64,000 nucleotides of DNA from assembly GCA_001303585.1 (NCBI GenBank), contig LJTT01000007.1:74031-138030 (forward strand), given 5' to 3'. Below, one piece after another: positions 59,929 through 64,000 of this stretch (positions are counted from its first letter, which is position 1; each line of letters opens with the position of its first letter). The position numbers were made by a program, and so were the translations under genes. The notes beneath the pieces are model-generated. The model saw only the letters and a list, made by a program, of their open reading frames with translations, made no database searches and was not told the DNA's origin. The DNA is from Betaproteobacteria bacterium SG8_41. GTDB taxonomy: Bacteria; Pseudomonadota; Gammaproteobacteria; Burkholderiales; SG8-41.

Positions 59929-61686
59929 ATGAGTGAAAAACAAACCACCCCAGGTTCCATCGTTCACGACGCGCCGATGCCCTCCCAGCGCTCAGACGAG
60001 TTCTGGGGCAGCGACGCGATTGCCGGGGTCCTGCGTGACCTGCAGACCGAGTACATCGCGCTCAACCCGGGCGCGAGCTACCGGGGGCTTCACGACAGCC
60101 TCGTCAATTACCTTGGAAACCGCGCGCCCCAGATGCTGCTGACGATCCATGACGAGCACGCGGTATCCATCGCGCACGGCTACTGGAAGGCATCGGAACG
60201 CATGATGGCGGCCGCGCTGCACTCCAACGTCGGCCTCATGCATGCGTCCATGCAAATCTTCAACTGCTGGTGCGACCGCGCGCCGGTGCTGATCATCGGT
60301 GCTACCGGCCCCTGGGACGCAGCCAAGCGCCGTCCATGGATTGACTGGATCCATACCTGTTCCGATCAGGGAGGGCTGATCCGCAACTACACCAAATGGG
60401 ACAACCAGCCGGGTTCAGTCCCCGCTGCGATGGAGGCCATCTTGCGCGCGGCGCAAATCGCGCAGACAGCCCCGCGCGGCCCGGTCTACGTCAATCTGGA
60501 CTCCTCGGTCCAGGAGTCCAAGCTCGCCGCCCTGCCACCCATGCCGGAAGTCACCCGCTACCGGGCACCCCAGCCGGTGCAGCCGGCAACAGAGCTCGTC
60601 GCCACCGCGGCGAAAATACTTTCCGGCGCAAAAAGCCCTCTGGTGCTGGCGGGCCGCAGCTCGCGCAGTCTCGACGCGTGGAACGCACGCGTCGCGCTCG
60701 TGGAGAAGCTGAACTCGCCCGTGCTCACCAACCTCAAGGTTGCGGCAGCCTTCCCGACCGATCATCGCCTGCATGTTGTGCCGCCTTTCGTGCGGCTGTC
60801 GCCAGAAGCGCAAAAACTCGTCGCTGAAGCCGACGTCATCCTGTCGCTCGATTGGCTGGATCTCGGCGGCACGCTCAAGCAGGCCTTCGGTGAGAAACCG
60901 GTCAATGCCAAGGTGATACAGGTGTCATGCGATGCGCACTCGCATCGCGGCTGGAGCATGGATTACCAGGGGCTGCCGCCCGTGGACGTGTATCTGATGT
61001 GCGAATCCGACACGGCAGTGCCGTTGCTGCTGGAATCGGTGAAGGCGCGGACCGCAACCGTTCCCGCGATCGCGCCCGCGAAGCAGCCCGCAGCGGCAAC
61101 GGACGCCGTCACGTTGCGCGGCGTCGCGGACGCGCTCAACGCGGCCATCAAGGGCAACGATGTCTGTTTTACGCGGTTCCCGCTCGGATGGCATGGCGCC
61201 TACACGCACTTCCGGCATCCACTCGACTACATCGGCTATGACGGCGGCGGGGGCCTGGGTTCAGGACCGGGGATCAGCGTTGGCGCGGCATTGGCGCTGA
61301 AGGGCAGCGGCCGGATCCCCATCGGCCTGCTCGGCGACGGTGATTTTCTGATGGGAAACACCGCGGTGTGGACTGCCGTCCACTACGAGATCCCCTGCCT
61401 TCTCATCATCTGCAACAACCGTTCGTTCTTCAACGACGAGATGCACCAGGAGCGCGTGGCGCGTGCGCGACACCGGCCTGTGGAGAATCGCTGGATCGGA
61501 CAACGCATCGGCAACCCCGACATGGATCTCGCGGCAATCGCGCGCGCGCAGGGCGCAATCGGCATTGGCCCCGTGACGCGCCCGTCCGAAGTGCAACCCG
61601 CGCTCGAGCAAGGCATCAAAGCCGTGCGCGCGGGCGGGGTGTGCGTGATCGATGCGCGGGTGCTGCCAGGCTACGACGCGGAGTAG
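59929..61686 (+). CDS. Thiamine-diphosphate-dependent enzyme (acetolactate synthase/benzoylformate decarboxylase superfamily)
   Basis: N-terminal Pyr domain (YIALNPGASYRGLHDSL, IHDEHAVSIAHGY) and C-terminal PP domain with GDGDFLMGNTAVWTAV...NN. ATG 59929; the upstream part of the listed ORF is spurious. Confidence 0.85.
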   Translation: MSEKQTTPGSIVHDAPMPSQRSDEFWGSDAIAGVLRDLQTEYIALNPGASYRGLHDSLVNYLGNRAPQMLLTIHDEHAVSIAHGYWKASERMMAAALHSNVGLMHASMQIFNCWCDRAPVLIIGATGPWDAAKRRPWIDWIHTCSDQGGLIRNYTKWDNQPGSVPAAMEAILRAAQIAQTAPRGPVYVNLDSSVQESKLAALPPMPEVTRYRAPQPVQPATELVATAAKILSGAKSPLVLAGRSSRSLDAWNARVALVEKLNSPVLTNLKVAAAFPTDHRLHVVPPFVRLSPEAQKLVAEADVILSLDWLDLGGTLKQAFGEKPVNAKVIQVSCDAHSHRGWSMDYQGLPPVDVYLMCESDTAVPLLLESVKARTATVPAIAPAKQPAAATDAVTLRGVADALNAAIKGNDVCFTRFPLGWHGAYTHFRHPLDYIGYDGGGGLGSGPGISVGAALALKGSGRIPIGLLGDGDFLMGNTAVWTAVHYEIPCLLIICNNRSFFNDEMHQERVARARHRPVENRWIGQRIGNPDMDLAAIARAQGAIGIGPVTRPSEVQPALEQGIKAVRAGGVCVIDARVLPGYDAE

Positions 61687-61694
61687 CTGCAGCG

Positions 61695-62867
61695 CTAGGT
61701 CGGCTTGCTTTCAGTCGAGGCGTGCTTCCCGCCGCCGCGGGCTTCGCGGTGCATGAGCCAGCCGCCAACGCCCAGCATCACAGCATCAAGCCAGAACACG
61801 GGCAACATTCCCAGCGCCGTGCTGAGGGTGCCGAATATGATGGGCACCAGCACCTCGGTGCCCTTGTTCACCGTCTGACGCAACCCCATCGCCTCGCCAG
61901 ATCTGCCAGATGGCGCCCGGTTGTACGCGAGCACCAGGGAAAGCGGCGCGCCGCAGCCCAACCCCAACCCCATCACGAACGAGACTGCGAGCAACAGAAC
62001 GAAGGTTTCGACGAACGGAAACGCGAGGCATGTCAAACCCGCAAGCAACATCGAGCCGCTCAGGACCCGCTCCTCGCTCCAATGCCGCACCAGCGCCGGC
62101 ATGAGTGCGCGGATGAACAGCAGCGAGGTGGCGTAGGCCCCGATGACGAGACCGATTTGCGAGGCCGACAATCCAATCGAATGGCCGTAGATCGGCAGCA
62201 GAAAGTTGACCAGCTCGTTTCCCGTCTCGAGAATTCCGGCCGTCACCAGCACCCGTCGCAGAGGAACATTCCCGAGCAGGTCGATCACGCGGTGGCCGGT
62301 ACGCGGCTCGTCATGGCGATGAGGCTGCGGGAGATAACGCCTGAGGAACATCAAGACGGCGATCGGAATCACCGGAAACACGGCCAGCAGCAGATAAGTC
62401 GAGCGATGCCCAATGCCGTCGATGGCAAAGCCGGCGGTCGTGGGCCCGAGCAGGCTGGTCAATCCGATGAAGACGCTGAAGATGCTGTAGTTCCGCGTGC
62501 GCGCGACCCCTTCGCCCATCGCGCCAATCAGATGCTGCACCGAAACGATGTAGAAGATGTAGCACATGCCGATCAGAGTCGCCGAGAAGAAAAGCGCGGT
62601 GACACTGGGCACCCAATACGGCAGAAGCAGCCCGCACAACAGACCGATCGAGCCAAAAATCATCGGTGGGCGGAAGCCGAGGCGGTCAGATACCTTGCCG
62701 GCGTACACCGACAGAAAGACCGGGAACACCGAGTACATTGCAAACAGCACCCCGATCATCATCGGGCTCGCTCCGAGGTCTATCGCGAACAGCGTGATCA
62801 CTATTTTGCTGCCCTTGAAGCTGACGTGATTGAGCAGCGTGACCAGCAAGATGAGATAGAACGCCAT
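61695..62867 (-). CDS. MFS transporter (paralog 1)
   Basis: 12-TM-like hydrophobic profile. ATG 62867 follows the upstream paralog's TGA by 1 nt (TGAcATG). Confidence 0.85.
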   Translation of the reverse strand: MAFYLILLVTLLNHVSFKGSKIVITLFAIDLGASPMMIGVLFAMYSVFPVFLSVYAGKVSDRLGFRPPMIFGSIGLLCGLLLPYWVPSVTALFFSATLIGMCYIFYIVSVQHLIGAMGEGVARTRNYSIFSVFIGLTSLLGPTTAGFAIDGIGHRSTYLLLAVFPVIPIAVLMFLRRYLPQPHRHDEPRTGHRVIDLLGNVPLRRVLVTAGILETGNELVNFLLPIYGHSIGLSASQIGLVIGAYATSLLFIRALMPALVRHWSEERVLSGSMLLAGLTCLAFPFVETFVLLLAVSFVMGLGLGCGAPLSLVLAYNRAPSGRSGEAMGLRQTVNKGTEVLVPIIFGTLSTALGMLPVFWLDAVMLGVGGWLMHREARGGGKHASTESKPT

Positions 62868-62868
62868 G

Positions 62869-64000
62869 TCAGGTCCCGGCTCTCGCCCCGCGGGCGTTGG
62901 CATAGCCGCCGCCGACCATCAGCGCCGCATTCGATAAAAACACCGCGATCACGCCAAGCGCCGATCCGAGGGTGCCGAAAGCCAGCGGAATCGCCATGTG
63001 GGTGAAGTTCACGACCGCGAACCGCACGCCGAGCGCCTCGCCGGATCGTCCTGCCGGCGCCCGATTGTAGGTCATGAGAATCGATAACGGCTGGCCACAG
63101 CCCAGACCCAGACCGAGCACAAACGCGAGCAGCATCAGGGGCGCTGCCCCCTCGAATACGGGTATCAGCAGGAACGCCGCGCCGGCGAGATACATCGAAT
63201 AACTCATGACGCGCTCTTCACCCAGCCACCGCGTGAGCCGCGGGAGCAGCCCGCGCACGATCAGCACGGCCAGCGAGTTCGCGCCGAAGACCACGCCGAT
63301 CATGGTTGCGGACAAACCCACCGAATGCCCGTATATCGGCATGTAGAAGTTGTATAGGTCCACGCCCGCGACCACCAGCCCGCTGACCACAACGGTGCGG
63401 CGCAGCTGCGGCAGCTTCAGCAGTTCTCGCATGTCGGTCGGTGCTGCAGAAGCGCCCCGCGCGTGCGAGTCGGTGACAAAACGCCGGCTGACCAACCAGC
63501 CAACGGCGGCGGCAATCGCCAGCATCGTCAGCAGCAGATAGGCGAACACATGCCCTTGACGGTCAATAACGAAACCCGTCAGCAGCGGTCCGAAAAGGCC
63601 CGACAGCGCGAAGCCGAGGCTCACCAGGCTCACATCGCGCGCGCGCACGTTGGCGTCGCGGGCCGTCGATGACAAGTTCTGGATCGCGAGACTGATGAAG
63701 ACGAAGGAGAGCCCGATGATCAACGCCGACAGGTAGAGTGCCGGCAGCACGGGAAACAGCCATGGAATCGAGAAACCCAGAGCAGACAACGCCGTTCCGA
63801 GCTGGGCGGGCAGGTGGCTGCCAAAGCGGTCGATGACCTTCCCGGCATAAACTGATAGCAGGAAAGGGCAAAGAGCGAACAGCGATATCAGCACTCCGAT
63901 GGCCGCAGTGGACGCGCCCAGCTCGATTGCGAACAACGACATCAGGACGCGACACCCCATGAAGGCGGTGAAATTGAGCAGCGCAAGAAACAGAATGAGA
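62869..64000 (-). CDS. MFS transporter (paralog 2), N-terminus beyond the right edge
   Basis: The frame stays open to position 64000. ...LILFLALLNFTAFMGCRVLMSLFAIELGAS aligns with paralog 1 LILLVTLLNHVSFKGSKIVITLFAIDLGAS. Confidence 0.85.
   Translation of the reverse strand, partial: LILFLALLNFTAFMGCRVLMSLFAIELGASTAAIGVLISLFALCPFLLSVYAGKVIDRFGSHLPAQLGTALSALGFSIPWLFPVLPALYLSALIIGLSFVFISLAIQNLSSTARDANVRARDVSLVSLGFALSGLFGPLLTGFVIDRQGHVFAYLLLTMLAIAAAVGWLVSRRFVTDSHARGASAAPTDMRELLKLPQLRRTVVVSGLVVAGVDLYNFYMPIYGHSVGLSATMIGVVFGANSLAVLIVRGLLPRLTRWLGEERVMSYSMYLAGAAFLLIPVFEGAAPLMLLAFVLGLGLGCGQPLSILMTYNRAPAGRSGEALGVRFAVVNFTHMAIPLAFGTLGSALGVIAVFLSNAALMVGGGYANARGARAGT

Overview
High-GC proteobacterial chromosome segment. 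Gene order resembles Betaproteobacteria: ndk-rlmN-pilW-rodZ-ispG-hisS-yfgM-bamB-der-hfq-hflXKC-DUF2065-hisZ-purA fused in one block, plus rpsF-priB-rpsR-rplI-dnaB. Most genes are on the minus strand and most are housekeeping.

Left third:
- An edge-truncated F1-ATPase beta gene with a perfect FNR-type box upstream.
- A periplasmic (Tat) formate dehydrogenase operon with an uncharacterised accessory module: TorD-like chaperone, 703-aa polyferredoxin, DUF3306-like and DUF3305-like proteins, and a small Tat-signal protein.
- Divergent moaA-fdhD-mobA.
- glk, a PAS-GGDEF-EAL sensor, mtfA, rmuC, a ybbA/ybbP-type ABC pair and tesA.
- A divergent selenium pair, selD and selU.

Middle: a two-partner secretion pair (TpsB plus an 860-890 aa TpsA) sits between the rpsF operon and rlmB-rnr.

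Right end: tartrate-dehydrogenase-like enzyme, a hypothetical membrane protein, a ThDP enzyme and two tandem MFS paralogs.

Main observations:
1. At least 11-12 intergenic spacers are built from heptad-periodic tracts, with GAA or TTC recurring every 7 nt. Tandem arrays reach about 9.7 copies. Many loci have two arms of opposite polarity that could form long imperfect hairpins. I cannot assign these to any repeat family I know.
2. selD contains an in-frame UGA exactly at the catalytic Cys/Sec position. The ORF track therefore truncates it. The formate dehydrogenase alpha subunit carries Cys at its Sec position.
3. An 18-bp perfect hairpin spans the conserved N-terminal codons of mobA.

No CRISPR array, rRNA, transposase or prophage gene was seen. 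Many long antisense ORFs in the track are GC-driven shadow ORFs and are not reported.
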